Source of the DNA: the human T2T-CHM13v2.0 reference genome, Homo sapiens
Strand: one strand, 5' to 3'
DNA: 64,000 bases
NCBI RefSeq assembly: GCF_009914755.1
Contig: NC_060925.1
Shown here: one piece after another, positions 38,922-62,915 of the stretch
Numbering within the stretch: position 1 is the first letter of the stretch
How the letters are laid out: every line of letters starts with the position of its first letter
The notes under the pieces: generated by a model
The model's database searches: none
What the model saw: the letters and a program-made list of their open reading frames with translations, nothing else
Told to the model about the DNA's origin: nothing
Position numbers and translations under genes: made by a program

Positions 38922-39358
38922 AGAAATTACACTATGAGGCTGTGTTCTTAATGGACTGCTGAATCAGTGCCACAGGTGTTCTTGGGAGAAGAAAGATACT
39001 TGTAGACTAGTCGGGAAGGGCTTTATGAGGGAAGTGATCTAGTTGGATCTTTAAAGGAAAGCACAAAATTAACCAGAAAGGAGAGGATAGGTGCTGCAGG
39101 CAGGGAGAAGAACCTGAGCAAAGACATAGACGCTGGACTGAGAAGTGAGTTAATGGACAAGACAGGGGATATAGGCAGGGACACATTTGAATTTCATCTT
39201 GAGGGGGGGAATGTTTGGCTTTTTTACAGCCTGTTCATTTCCAAAAAGTAGTATTTGTATTTGTTTAAAAGAAAAATGTTTTTAAAAACCACTAAAGCAG
39301 TGAAAAGAGGATAAGAACTAAGAAAATGATTACAGATGATGAAGAAACCTTTATATAG

Positions 39359-39584
<226 letters not shown>

Positions 39585-39830
39585 TGACCAGGATGGTCTC
39601 AAACTCCTGACCTCAGGTGATCCTCCTGCCTCAGCCTCCCAAAATGCTGGGATTACAGGCGTGAGCCACTACCCGTAGCGTTTTTGTTTTTGTTTTTGTT
39701 TTTGAGATGGAGTCTCACTTTGTTGCCCAAGCTGGAGTGCAGTGTCGCGATCTCAGCTCACTGCAGCCTCCCTCCGCCTCCCAGGTTCAAGCAATTCTCC
39801 TGCCTCAGCCTCCCAAGTAGCTGGGACTAG

Positions 39831-40001
<171 letters not shown>

Positions 40002-40149
40002 TGAGCATTACAGATATTGTCATATTTCTGAGGGGAGCTCGAGTAATGTCTATAGAAGCAACTTTCCAATAATCTCAATGTGGAAATTATTAGAGAAAAA
40101 AACTTGGTTAACATATATCTTTTTTTTTTTTTTTTTTTTTTTTTTGTGA

Positions 40150-40434
<285 letters not shown>

Positions 40435-40804
40435 TAACATATATCTTGACCATTTCTAGCTAAAGAATTTAAGGTGCATGTGGTTGGGCAGTAGGGAGTC
40501 ATTGACAAATTTTGAGTACAGACATGCCAGAGAGCATCTGGGGGCAGATGGATCTGGCAGTGATGTGTAAGTGAGTTGGCATGGGAGACTGGAGGAACAG
40601 AGATCAATCCAGAGTGAGGGTAGAACCCTGACTTACAAGTCATCTGTGGGAATGGAAAGGAAGGAGTTTATTTGAGAGCTACCATAAAATCAGAAAATGG
40701 TTTGATTGGAACAGAAATGGACTAGAGTGAGAGGGGAGTCAATGGTAACCCCAAGGCAGTGGTTTTCAGATTTTCTCAGGTAAGAACTCCCATGAGATTG
40801 TTTA

Positions 40805-40990
<186 letters not shown>

Positions 40991-40993
40991 TTA

Positions 40994-41197
<204 letters not shown>

Positions 41198-41485
41198 CTA
41201 TATTTTTAAAAAGCATACCAGAAGATTTAGAGGAAAGTTGGTTCTATTCTTATGAAACATTACTCCCAAAGTTTTCAAATCTGGGAGACTTAGAGGGCCC
41301 TCCATCTGTAGGGGAAAGATCAAGGTAGAGAGGCCAATTTAGGAAGTAAATCTGGTACACCATGTTATTCTGACCTTCAGTCCATCTCACCATTTTACCC
41401 TCCAAGGCTGTTAGGAGAATTGGATGTAGGTGGAGAGTCACAGAAGCAGGTATAGCCATTTTGTATTTTGAGGATTTGTTTCCGT

Positions 41486-41491
41486 TTTATT
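41486..41491 (-). terminator. SV2A: SV2A distal poly(A) signal AATAAA
   Basis: tttatt on + strand, about 1.67 kb past the stop. Confidence 0.75.
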
Positions 41492-43154
41492 TTTCGTCAA
41501 TATTTTTCACTGCATTTTTCACATCAACAGAGTTGGGTTTAGGGTTCCCCAGGAGAGCAAGGGAGATGGATGGGTCCCTCCCAGGGGTGCGAGGAAGAGG
41601 GCTACGTCCAGCATGTGGGGAGTGAGGGACAAGGGCACAGGGCACACACTCATACACTGGGCACTGGAGAAGGCAGTCTTTTGAGCACAGACACCAAAGA
41701 GTTAAACAGTCACCACCTGGTACAGTGTTACAAAATGGGGAGAGTGACCACAGGGTTGGGGCACTGGACGCAGCATGACGAAGGTGAATTTTGATTTTCT
41801 TTTTTGTTATTTTCACTTTTTTCCTTTTAACATTTTTTTAAACATTTTACAAACATCTAAAAACTACAACACGTCACAGCTACAGTGGGGTGAGGGGAGG
41901 GCACCAAAGAAAGCAGCCACACAGAGTAGGGTGGGATGGGGCAGCCTAACCTACAGAGGCTATTGTGTGGAAGGGTAAAATGGGGAAACTGAGGCTTCTA
42001 GTCCCTGCATTAGGGGTCCCTCACTCACTGCCCAACCTCTCCCCACTCAGAGGAGCTGCCAGGAGGGCCCCTGCTTCCTGCCTCTGCCCCAGCTCTTTGT
42101 GCTTTTTGATCTGCTGGTTTGACCAGATGCCTGGTTTCTTTCCCTCCCCTGCTCCCCTCCCTGTGAGGGGACAGGTAGGGAGCATGGGAGGGCAGCTGTG
42201 CTATTCCCGCCTGTGCTGTAGTGGGTGGAGCCTCTCACTCCAGAGGAGGCCTCTGCTTCTTGAGGAGGGAAGGAGATGGGCCTTGTCGGATGCCCTCAGA
42301 TCTCCCTAGACTGTGGGACTCTTATCCCAGGCTGGCCTAGGGCTCCTCCATCCCAGGCTCAACACAGAAACCAGATTAGGGGAGGAACTGTGGGAGGCAG
42401 GGTTGTGTGTGCATCCGCTGAAATTACCCTTGGCTTATATTTGAGGACAGTATAGTGATACCCCCCGCCCCATGGCACATGCACACACATATGTAAGTAT
42501 ACATACACATTCACACACAGTCCTGCGGAGCTGCCTCAGAACTTAATCTATTAATAAATAAGAATCAGAAAGCTAATTTCATAAAATTCAGGCTTCATAT
42601 TTGCAGCCCAAATTGAGAGGAAAGTGGAGGCCAGAGGGCTGAGGTTTATTGCTTCTCCCCCAGCATCCAACAGGAGATGTGAGAGGGCACCCGAGGCCCA
42701 CTCTTCAGACTCTAAGAAGTTCTTTTGGTCCATGGTCTACACCAGAGCCCCAGCCCCTAGCATAATTGCATACCTGTGGTTTCACCAGGGCCTAGGCAGA
42801 GGGAATGATGGGGAAGGCAGGAAGCCTATTCTGGAACCCCTGGAACAGGGAAGCAAGGGCCCCTCTCTAACAGGGGGAGAAGGATGGGGCTCAGCCTTCT
42901 CTTGTGCAAAGTCAAGGGCAGTGGGAAATGGGGAGTACAGCTTCATCTCAAAACTGGGATGAAGGAGCCTTCCCTGTAGTCCCTGCCCACGGGGTTTACA
43001 CACATGCACACGCACACGCACACACAGCTAAGACACCAAACACGGGGAGTGGGGAGTGAGGGCTCTGGAGGTCAGGATGGCAGGGCAGGGAGGGGAAGGA
43101 AGGAGTTGTTGGTCTCACAGTGTGCCTGCCAATCCCAAAGCCCTAGAGACCCCT

Positions 43155-51981
<8,827 letters not shown>

Positions 51982-54031
51982 GATGGGGCTTGGGGCACTT
52001 CACTGGGTCTTCTCCACCTCCTGCTTCTTTTTCAGCTTTTTGCTCAAGGACTTGTAGAGTCAAAAAGACCCCTCCCCACAGTTACTTAGATGAAGCGTGT
52101 TCCAGTATCTCTGGGCACAAAAAAAAGAGCAAACAGGTCCTAGCCAATGAGTGCCTAGGAAGGAAAAGGAAGGAGAGGAGCTTTGACCTATACCCAGTTC
52201 AGTTGGGTGGATGGGGAAGGGACAGGGGGAGCAGGGGAATGGGAAGGGGAAGGGGAGCCAGATTGGGAGGCTAAGCCAGGATAACTCAGGAAGGGTCGCC
52301 TGCTTCTCTTCCACAAGCCTCTGGAGACCTAGAAAAAATAACAGACAGCAAAAGGAAGTTGTGAGTCCTAAGGTGGTGAAGAAGGCCAGTATAAAGCCTC
52401 TCAACCCAGAGCCCCATCTGGACCATGTGGTGCAGAGATGGTCTTCTCGCTTTAGGCTCCCATCCACACACTAAAAAGGGATGGCTATCTGGGCTAACCG
52501 GGTCACTCACATAGAAGTCCCCTTACTTTGACCTTGGAGGCCTGGCCTGTGGAATTTGCTCCAAAGTCGCAGTCACCTACCCCCAAACCCACCCCAGCCC
52601 TTGCTTTATCACCAATCTGCAAAGAACTAAACAGGAAATATGAGAAACCAGAATTCCCTTCTTTAGTCTTGCCTGGGTTTCTTACTAGGGGTGGAGTTGA
52701 GGAGGATGTGTAAGAGGACAAGCCCTCCAACCTGTGGCCTTCCCTCCTCTGATGGCATCTGAAGGCAGGGGCTTCCACTGTCCTTCCCTCAGGTCCCATG
52801 TTTACAGGCTTCAACAAGGAGGGATTTTCTCTCAACATAGTCTAATGGGTAAATGCTCAGCTTCCAGAGTCACAAAGACATGGGGTTGACTTCCTGTTTT
52901 GGCAAATACTAGCTAAGGGACCAAGCCTCAGTTTCTTCTTGTTTAAAAAGGGGAAAGTAAGGGTCGAATGATATAATGTATCTATGCTCCTTACCATAAG
53001 TCACCTGGCACATAAAAATGATGAATAAATATTAATTATTAATTTTGTGGTGACAGTAATATAGTGAAATGCCCTATACTACCTCATAAGGTCCCCAGAT
53101 GAAAGCTATCTTGGATGCTCTTTAGGGTGAGCAGCAGGAAGGGACACTGGCAAGGAGAATCCTGGTTCAGGGCAAAGCACATGACTGTTAGGGGTGACCT
53201 AAGTTGAAATCCCAACTCTGCCACTTACTAACTGATCTCAGTCAGGGTAGTTAACCTCCCTAAGCCTCAGTGTCCATCTATTTTAACTGGGGATAATTAA
53301 ATTGGGAGACTGTTTCTTGGAGTTGATGTGAGAATGTAATCTCACAGTAGATACTCTATGTTAGTTTTCTTCCTTCCTATGATGTTGAAAGTGGGAAAGA
53401 AACAGGAAGCAGCAAGGGACAACAGGGGGGTCATACTTAGATGCTGTTGCCCAGCATCCTTGCAAACAGAGTCCCAAGACACCCCTATCTATGTTTCAAC
53501 TAATTCCAGTAGCTGGGCCCACATTAACTACCTCCAGAAGAACAAGGGAAGATCCAGAAAAGGGGGACCTGGAACCCAAGTAAAGTGGAGGAAAGATGGA
53601 AAGCTAAGAAAGAGGTGATGACTGTCCACTGCCACCTTGCTTCAGAATGTCATAGATAGGCCCCCTTTCCACAGATGGGGGTGAGAATGGAAATGACTGT
53701 CAAATGCATACATTTCCAACATGAGGTTCTAAGGCCTACAGTTGCATCCCATCCCTCCAGGGCCTCCCTTCCTAATCCCCCTTAATCCTTTCTGCTCCTC
53801 CTCCAGGAGTCAAGGAAGAAGGAGTCCACAAACACCGCATTGCGTAGGAGGCGGATGTAGAATAAAGGGGGTTTGGGTGTCCCCCCAAAAAAGACATTCT
53901 CCAGAGGAAGGCATGGGATAGCCCCCTTCCTTCATAGGAGCAGAGGAAGCAGGCCTAGATTCTGATCAGAAATCATCCCCCTAAAAATATCCTGCCTCCG
54001 GTGCTCCCACCCATCCAGGGCCTTCATTAAA

Positions 54032-54069
54032 ACACACACACACACACACACACGCACACACACACACAC
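54032..54069 (+). repeat. (CA)n microsatellite in SV2A intron 1
   Basis: Directly visible, with one interruption. Confidence 0.95.
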
Positions 54070-55879
54070 GCCCTGGTAGAAGACGGTAAGCAATGCTATG
54101 TGGTTCAGAGAGAAGCACTGGCAAGCAGCGCCTTATCCCCTCAGGACAGATGTAAGCAGTGGACCACGGTGACCAGAAGCAGTGACCCCTATGTCACCTT
54201 TTCTTCATGGTTCAGGGCCCAACCATCCCCCATGAAAGAGCTGGAACTGCGGAATCCCCTCAGCGCATGGCAATTTGCTAGCTTTCCTCTCTTTCCTAAC
54301 CAGGATCTCCCCTCCAGCCCTGAAGGAGGCAGGACCCACCAGGAGCCATACTCTATGTTTGTTGACCCTATTTCCCCCTGAGAGGGGCACGTAGGGCAGG
54401 GAAGCCTTCCACAACCACAGCAGGATATGAGGTCTCAACAGCCAGCTTCCTCAGGGCCAGCAAGCCCAGGAGGTCAGGAGAGAAAGAAAGAAGACAAATT
54501 CTTTGAGCTGGTGAGGAAGTGGTGCTATTTTTAGCCCCCAAAACAGCACAGGGTGGCTAAGCCTGGGGGAGTGAGACAAGACTTGGAGAGGTGGAGGTTA
54601 AAGGAGACAAGGTTCAGGGTTACAAGGTCCTAGGCTGGCTGACTTCACCTGACAGGAAAAAATGTGCCCAGGAGATTTTCTGCAGAGGGTGGAGACAGGC
54701 AGGGGACTCCAGAGCAAATGCTTTCTTTCAGAACAGCTCATCCAGCCCTGGGTCCAGAACCCCCCACCCTCCCAGTCAAAGCCCCTGACTTTGGGGTCCA
54801 CCCAGATCCCCAGGCCTTCCTAGCTCAGGTGACAAGGTCATTAAAAAGCAATCACTTATCAAAACGTCCGCGGGGGCGGGGGTAGAATGTGGGAGGTGCG
54901 GGAGCACCCCTTCCCCATGACAGCCCGGTCATCGAACTTCAGCCCCCACCCAGGACCATCAAGACTGCGCCTCCCCTCCCCACATCCTACCAAGGTTAGG
55001 AAGATAGGAGCACCCACAGTTCTGAGGGATAAAAATGAGGGTGTCAGCTGAGAATGCACACTGAGGAATACGGAGAGGCAGAGAGGGGGACGCAGGGAGA
55101 GACCTCCGCATGCACAGACATAGAGACCGCCCCTATCAGCATTTGCAGCGACCCCCCCACACCCCATCTTGCCTCAGCTCCGGAATAAGGGAAAAGCCCC
55201 CAGAACTGACTAAATCCCTGCTCTGAGCACCTCCTCCACCCTTGGTCCTGCTGCTAGACAAGTGTCCACCTTCACTCAACATCCCTTCCCCCCACCCCGG
55301 AGCAACTGCCGCCAGCCCCCGCCATCCATGCCCCCAACACCTGGCGGCTCTACATCTCTGTCTCCCCAGTATTTCCATTCTTCACTCCCCTTCCCTCCAT
55401 CCTTCACCTGCCCTTCTTCCCCTGCCCCCCACCCACCCAAGTCCAGGCGTGCACACTGAGGCAGCATCCATTCTCCAGCCCCAGCCAAGGTCATTTATCA
55501 TTCATCCTGGGGGTGGGGGGACGTCAAGGTGAGGAGGGGATAGGAGTTTGAGGGAACCTCATCCCACCTCACAACCCCACCACCACGTTAATCTCCGAAG
55601 GGGATAGTGGGGACTTGGTTAAGGTAGAGAAAAACACCCCTCCTCCCCATTCACCAATATTATACATATGCGTGTGTGTGTGTGTGTCCTGAAGAGCACA
55701 ACTGAAATAAATGTCCATCCCCAAACCACCACCAACCCACCAACCCCCCTCACCCCTAGAGAGGGGATCGTCACCCTCCCCATAAGCAAAGCATCGGAGG
55801 ATAAAATGGCTGCAAGGCAAGGCAAAGATGCTTCTGCCAGGGGCGGGGAGGAGGTGAGCGACTGAGAAAGGGGTCTCAC

Positions 55880-55995
55880 CTGGTCTAGGTTCCCCGGGTA
55901 AGGAGTCCCGGGCGAGGACGGGGGTCCCGGCCGCGGGCGGAGGCGGCAGCGGCGACTGCTCCCGGCACCAGGGAAGCGGCAATGCAGACCTGCCA
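55880..55995 (-). other. SV2A: SV2A non-coding exon 1 in a CpG island (5' end approximate)
   Basis: Donor CAG|GTGAGA at 55880/55879; GC-rich; GC boxes at about 56016-56032 and CCAAT (-) at about 56066-56070 upstream. Confidence 0.75.
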
Positions 55996-57702
55996 CCCCC
56001 CTTCCACCACTCCAGCCCCGCCTCCGCCCCCCCCTACCCCGCGCCACTGAGCATCGGGAGAGACCATTGGTGGGGAGAGGAGAAAAGAGGATGGGGAGGG
56101 AGTCAGGGCACGGGGAGAAATGATGAAAGGGCCGGAGGTTGTCACAAGAACAGCTGGAAATGGCACCCAGCCCTTCCCAGGCCCTTCCTAGTAAAAGATA
56201 GAAGGAACTAAAGAAAAAAACAGTGATGTTAGGAAGACAAGTGGGAAGACAGGGAGATGGGGAATGTGGCAGCCCCTTCCTTAGCACCCCAGTCTCAGTA
56301 TGGCAGGACCCAATAATTTCAGGGGCTTTTGCTGCCTTCAAAACACCTCCCTTGCCTTCTCCACTGCTCTCAAACTCCTTTTTCACAACAGTCTCCCAAA
56401 TCCAGAGTGCTCCTATTCCAAGTTTACCTGGACATTTTAGAGAAAGCAGAGATAACAAGGTGTGGTTTCTATCCTGAACTGCCAGAGTCAGAGACCCCTG
56501 GATTCCTTCCATCTCTTTCCTCACAAAACAGTCCAGGTTACTTATTTACAGTGGACACCTCCTCATCCTGTCCATTCAGTTGGTGGTAGCAGAAGTACTG
56601 GGGAAGTTGAGGGATTTTTACAGACCTGACCAACCGGACAGTTCCCCTTCCATTAATTTGCTCCAATGACTCAAAAAGGATCCTCTCAATACCCTTCTCC
56701 ATTTTCTCTTACTCTCCTCTACCTCCCTCCCCTCCCCTCCACACACTTGTACTTCCCGGGCAGGAAGAAGTAAATTGTTTCAGCTTTTCCCTTCATCTTT
56801 CCTTTGCTCTTGCATCAATAACCTGGACTCAGAGATCCAAGACATGCCACTTGGTGACACTTGATGACCATCCCTGCCGAAGGAGTGAGAGGGAATATGG
56901 TGATTTGGGGAAATACATCCTGAATGTGTCTATGCCAGATAAGGTCAGGACCTTCCAGACAGCACTGACCTGGGCTTGGACCTGGGTTCTCACTGCTAAC
57001 AAGCTGTCAACTCTTGGTCAAGTTCTCCACATCTGTGAACTTCAGGTTTCTCATCTGGAAAAGGGGGGCTTGGACTAGATACTGCATCAGGTCCCTCTCA
57101 GATCTAATAGCGTGTGATTCTGCCTTACTAAATGTGGAGGCTTCAGAATGCTGATATATATACATGGAGAAGGCTGACAGGCTATGTCCGAAGAGACCAC
57201 ACAGGTAACATTTGCCAGGTTGAATTTACCTCTGACAGGGACACGGGCCTGGGCTTTGCAGACTCCAAAGCTGGATCTTGGAAATAATCATTCATGCCAA
57301 CAAAGTTCACAATCTTCTGAAATATAAAGCCATAATACATAAATATTAATTTATCATAAATATTTAACTGTCACTCAGACTGAAAACTCATATCTACATG
57401 TCTAGTACATTCTCTCCCTGAAGCCAAATCAGAATCATAATGTCAATGTATAAATGCACAATGACATTACTGGAGGATTTGTATCTTTAATGGCATCTGG
57501 CCATCTGCAATAAGCAGCCATGCCAATGGGTCCAGAAAACTCTTCTTGGCAACAATCTTCTACCCCCACCTCTTTGCTATTGGCAGCCTTGCCAGCACTC
57601 CTGGACTACTCTGAATGTGACGGCTTTCCAGGATGGTGCTTGGACTGGCCTCAGGGACTCTCCCTTTACTAGACTTTCATTGCTGACCCGTCTTCAGGTT
57701 AA

Positions 57703-58087
<385 letters not shown>

Positions 58088-58300
58088 TAGCCAGGATGGT
58101 CTCGATCTCCTGACCTTGTGATCCGCCCGCCTCAGCCTCCCAAAGTGCTGGGATTACAGGCGTGAGCCACTGCCCCTGGCTAACTTTTGTATTGTTAATG
58201 GAGACAGGGTTTCACCGTGTTGGCCAGGCTGCTCTCGAACTCCGGACCTCAAGTGATCCACTCACCTCTGCCTCCCAAAGTGCTGGGATTACAGGCATGA

Positions 58301-58594
<294 letters not shown>

Positions 58595-58819
58595 TGATCC
58601 GCCCGCCTTGGCCTCCCAAAGTGCTGGGATTACAGGCGTGAGCCACCGCACCCAGCCAAATATGTTAACATTTTCAATTAGGTTATAGCCAAGTCCAGCA
58701 GGAGAGCATTTGGCCAGCAGGGAGCCATTTCTTCCCTTTAAGGTGACTTTGCCTACTCTCCACTGATACCTTATTTGCTAAAATAGAAATCTTGCATACT
58801 TTTAGAGTGAAAACTTATA

Positions 58820-59161
58820 CCATCAGTCCTCCATATCCATGGGTTTGGCATCCATGGATTCAACCAACTGTGGATGGAAAATGTAGTTAGGCCTATGATG
58901 GTTGCATTTGTACTGAACATGTATAGACATTCTCCTCTTGACATTTATTTCCTAAACAATACAGTATAACAACTACTTGCATAGTATTTACACTGCATTA
59001 GGTGTCACAAGTAATCTAGAGATGATTTAAAACACACTGGAGGATGTGCCTAGGTTATATGCAAATGTGCCATTTTATATAAGAGATTTGAGCATTTGTG
59101 AATTTTGATTATCTGTGGAGGGTCCTGGAACCAATCCCTTGAGAATACACAAATGACTGTA
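58820..59161 (-). mobile_element. MER2-family DNA transposon
   Basis: Reverse complement of the same family as 4-308 (ggtcctggaaccaatccc, ggttatatgcaaat, tccatggattcaaccaac). Confidence 0.8.
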
Positions 59162-59712
59162 TATATTTTCAAGTTCTGAGGGAAGACCTCATCATTTTCC
59201 CCCAGGTGCCAGTGCCCTGTCCCACCAACCACTCCTTTGTAGTCCCCTTTGCTGGGGCCATTTAATTTTAGAGTTCCTATGGGCTCAGTCCCAGGGGCGG
59301 GAAGCCTTCTACTCTCTTCTTGCTCACCACAGGCAGTCCCGACTTTAATACTGCCTATATGCTGATGATTCCCATTTATATCTGCAGTCCAGACCTTCCC
59401 ATCAAGCCCAGACTCAAAATCTCTGTCTATTCAATATCACCACACGAACATCTAATAAGCGTATCAAACTGGGGCAGCTAGAATTTCCGAGCCAACAGCC
59501 TCCAGGCTGAAGCAGCTGCCTCCCCTTACCTCAATTTTGTTTCAAATGGTTCCCTGCCATGATGTGAAAAAGGGCTGAAAAATGGTTTTTGGGAGCTCCC
59601 TAACTGGCTCTGACCTCAGCCTGCCTCCAATCCCAAACAGCTCTAGTGCATTATACACCATGCTATTTATCAATCTGTTTCTCCTCAGAAACATCCCATC
59701 CACCTGGATTGA

Positions 59713-60128
<416 letters not shown>

Positions 60129-60738
60129 TAGGTAACTTTCTTCCTGCTCTCAAAATATTTTGTTTCATTAACAATCTCTTATGTGTCAGTTTTGACAGCA
60201 GAACTGCCTTGCTTATCTTTGAATCCTCAGCTGCCACCAACAGACATCCTTTGCAGGTACCATAAAAATGTTAATGAGAATGATGGACGAGAACAAGGGG
60301 GCCATGCTCACTTCTTGCCTAGAATTTAGTAAAGTTCACAGTTACATAAGCCAGAGGGCACTTCAAGGAAGGGGTGACTTAACAGGATTAATGTGGCAAA
60401 GAACATGGGGGAGAAAAAGGCCATTGGATTTGGTCTACTGAAAAGTCTTTAAACTGAGATTTACACGTGATGAAAATCAAGTTTGGAAGGACTGAGAAAT
60501 GAGAAAAAAAATTGAAATACAAACTCCTTATCTGAGATGACTGTTTACAGACATCTGTAGGAACAGAACAAAATGGAACACGTATGGAACATTTACTGTC
60601 TCCATTTACTCATTTTGTTTTGTAATTATGTAAGACATCTATATTGTTCCAAATGAAAAACACATTAACACAGTATACTCAGAGAATCCAGCTTCCCTCA
60701 ATATCCACTCCCTCCCCAGTGTTATCAATTTCCATTAG

Positions 60739-60879
<141 letters not shown>

Positions 60880-61229
60880 TGAGTAGCTGGTTTACCCATT
60901 TTTAAAAACGTTAATACATATATATATATATATATGCTACCCTTAGAGAAGGTAGCACACTACACACATTATTTTCTTCACTTGGAGATCTCTCCACAGC
61001 AGTACGTAGAGATCTTCACTTGGAGATCCTTTTTAAAGCTTTTTTTACATTCCTTTTTACAGCTGCACAGTACTCTGCTGCATGAATTTATCAGTTTATT
61101 CAACCGTCCCTTTACTGATGGAGATGTGAGTTTCCAATCTACTGCCATTATAACAGTGCTGCAATGAATTGCATAGTGCATGTTACTTCATTTTTGCCAG
61201 ACTATCTCCAGATACATCTGTTCACTTTA

Positions 61230-61580
<351 letters not shown>

Positions 61581-61816
61581 CTATCTTCCAAACTAGAAGA
61601 TAAGCTCTACGTAAGGAAACAATTACTCTAGTGCACAGCAAAGCTCAGCAACTGCAACAGCACATTACAGAATAAGCCTTTAAAATGTGGAGTAAGCACC
61701 CTTGCTCCTACTCCTACCTTACCATTCTTTTCATGATACTGACATCTCTTCTTAAAAGAAAAAGAGAAAAGTTACTGTTGTCAAGGAAAACACCACAAAT
61801 AAACAAGGAGTTTAGT

Positions 61817-61822
61817 TTTATT
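61817..61822 (-). terminator. SF3B4: SF3B4 poly(A) signal AATAAA
   Basis: tttatt on + strand about 200 nt after the stop, with GT/T-rich sequence (TTTGTGGTGTTTT) downstream on the minus strand. Confidence 0.8.
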
Positions 61823-62024
61823 TTCTCTGTGCATTTGCAAAATACTCAGGACCAACATAAAAAAGAAATACCTCCTGTGGAAAAAGTTACATTAAAAAGG
61901 GGAATGGAGTGGGGGTGCTGAAAGGGATTAGTACCTTTGCCCCAAGGAGCTACAGCATCTCTGATTGGTCCAAGGAATAGAAAAGATATTGGGAAAATGT
62001 AACAGGAGGAAGGAAAATGTGAAT

Positions 62025-62212
62025 TTACTGAGGGAGAGGGCCTCGAAGTGGGCCTCGAGGGGGAACTGGTGGCCGGGGAGTGGGTCTGGGTGGAGGGAGA
62101 GGCCCCCGCTGGTAGCCATAGGGTGGGGGTCGTGGAGGGCCAGTGTATCCATGGGGGGGCATCAGTGGAGGAGGTCCACGCATACCATGCGGAGGCATAG
62201 GACCTGGGTGAC
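62025..62212 (-). CDS. SF3B4: SF3B4 last exon, coding part (Pro/Gly/His-rich C-terminus)
   Basis: [20 protein letters not shown]...[12 protein letters not shown] then TAA; acceptor TTTGCAG. Upstream exons lie outside the window. Confidence 0.94.
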
Positions 62213-62323
62213 CTGCAAAGAGTAAAAGAAAAGTTAGTAAGGGCACGGGACAAGGGGTGTGCCTACAGGAAGCTGTAAGAACATGATAAGTGCAGATGAG
62301 GGAGGTGGCTAGAGCCGACTTAC

Positions 62324-62497
62324 CCATGGGAGATCCGAATGGAGGCCCTCGGGGGGGCATGCCCATTGGAGGAGGTCCAGGATGAGGCATTCCAGGTGGT
62401 GGTCGGGGCGGTGGCTGGCCCCCAGAGCCTGGGGGTCCAGCGTGGGGATGTCCTAAGCCATGAGGGCCATGGTGTGCAAGCTGCATCTGAGACATCC
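62324..62497 (-). CDS. SF3B4: SF3B4 (SAP49, U2 snRNP SF3b subunit 4) penultimate exon
   Basis: [58 protein letters not shown]; acceptor TTTCATAG, donor TGG|GTAAGT; 174 nt. Confidence 0.93.
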
Positions 62498-62813
62498 CTA
62501 TGAAAATAAAATAGACACAAGAAGAAAAGAGACAAAGAGAAGGAGGCAAAGAAAATAGAGAAAGGAAGAAAACAAAATTAGAAAGAAAGTGACATCAGAA
62601 AGAGAACTATATAGAAAAAAGGGTATAGAAAATAAGGCTGGCTGGGCACAGTGGCTCATGCCAATAATCCCAGCACTTTGGGAGGCCTAGGTGGATCACT
62701 TGAGCCCAGGAGTTCAAGAACAGCCTGGGCAACATAGTGAGACCCCAGCTCTATCAAAAAATACTTTTAATTAGCCAGGCATGGTGGTGTGTGCCTCTAT
62801 TCCCAGCTACTCA

Positions 62814-62915
<102 letters not shown>

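Noticed and set aside
38881-38970. C/D-box snoRNA-like arrangement (TGATGA at 38891, CTGA at 38959, GCAC/GTGC ends)
   Set aside because: Box C lacks the leading purine, the stem is only 4 bp, and the segment is not intronic and spans the BOLA1 poly(A) site; likely chance.
55619-56524. 301-aa minus-strand ORF across the SV2A promoter/exon 1
   Set aside because: Non-ATG start, low-complexity GC-rich CpG-island sequence, crosses a splice donor and resembles no protein I recognise.
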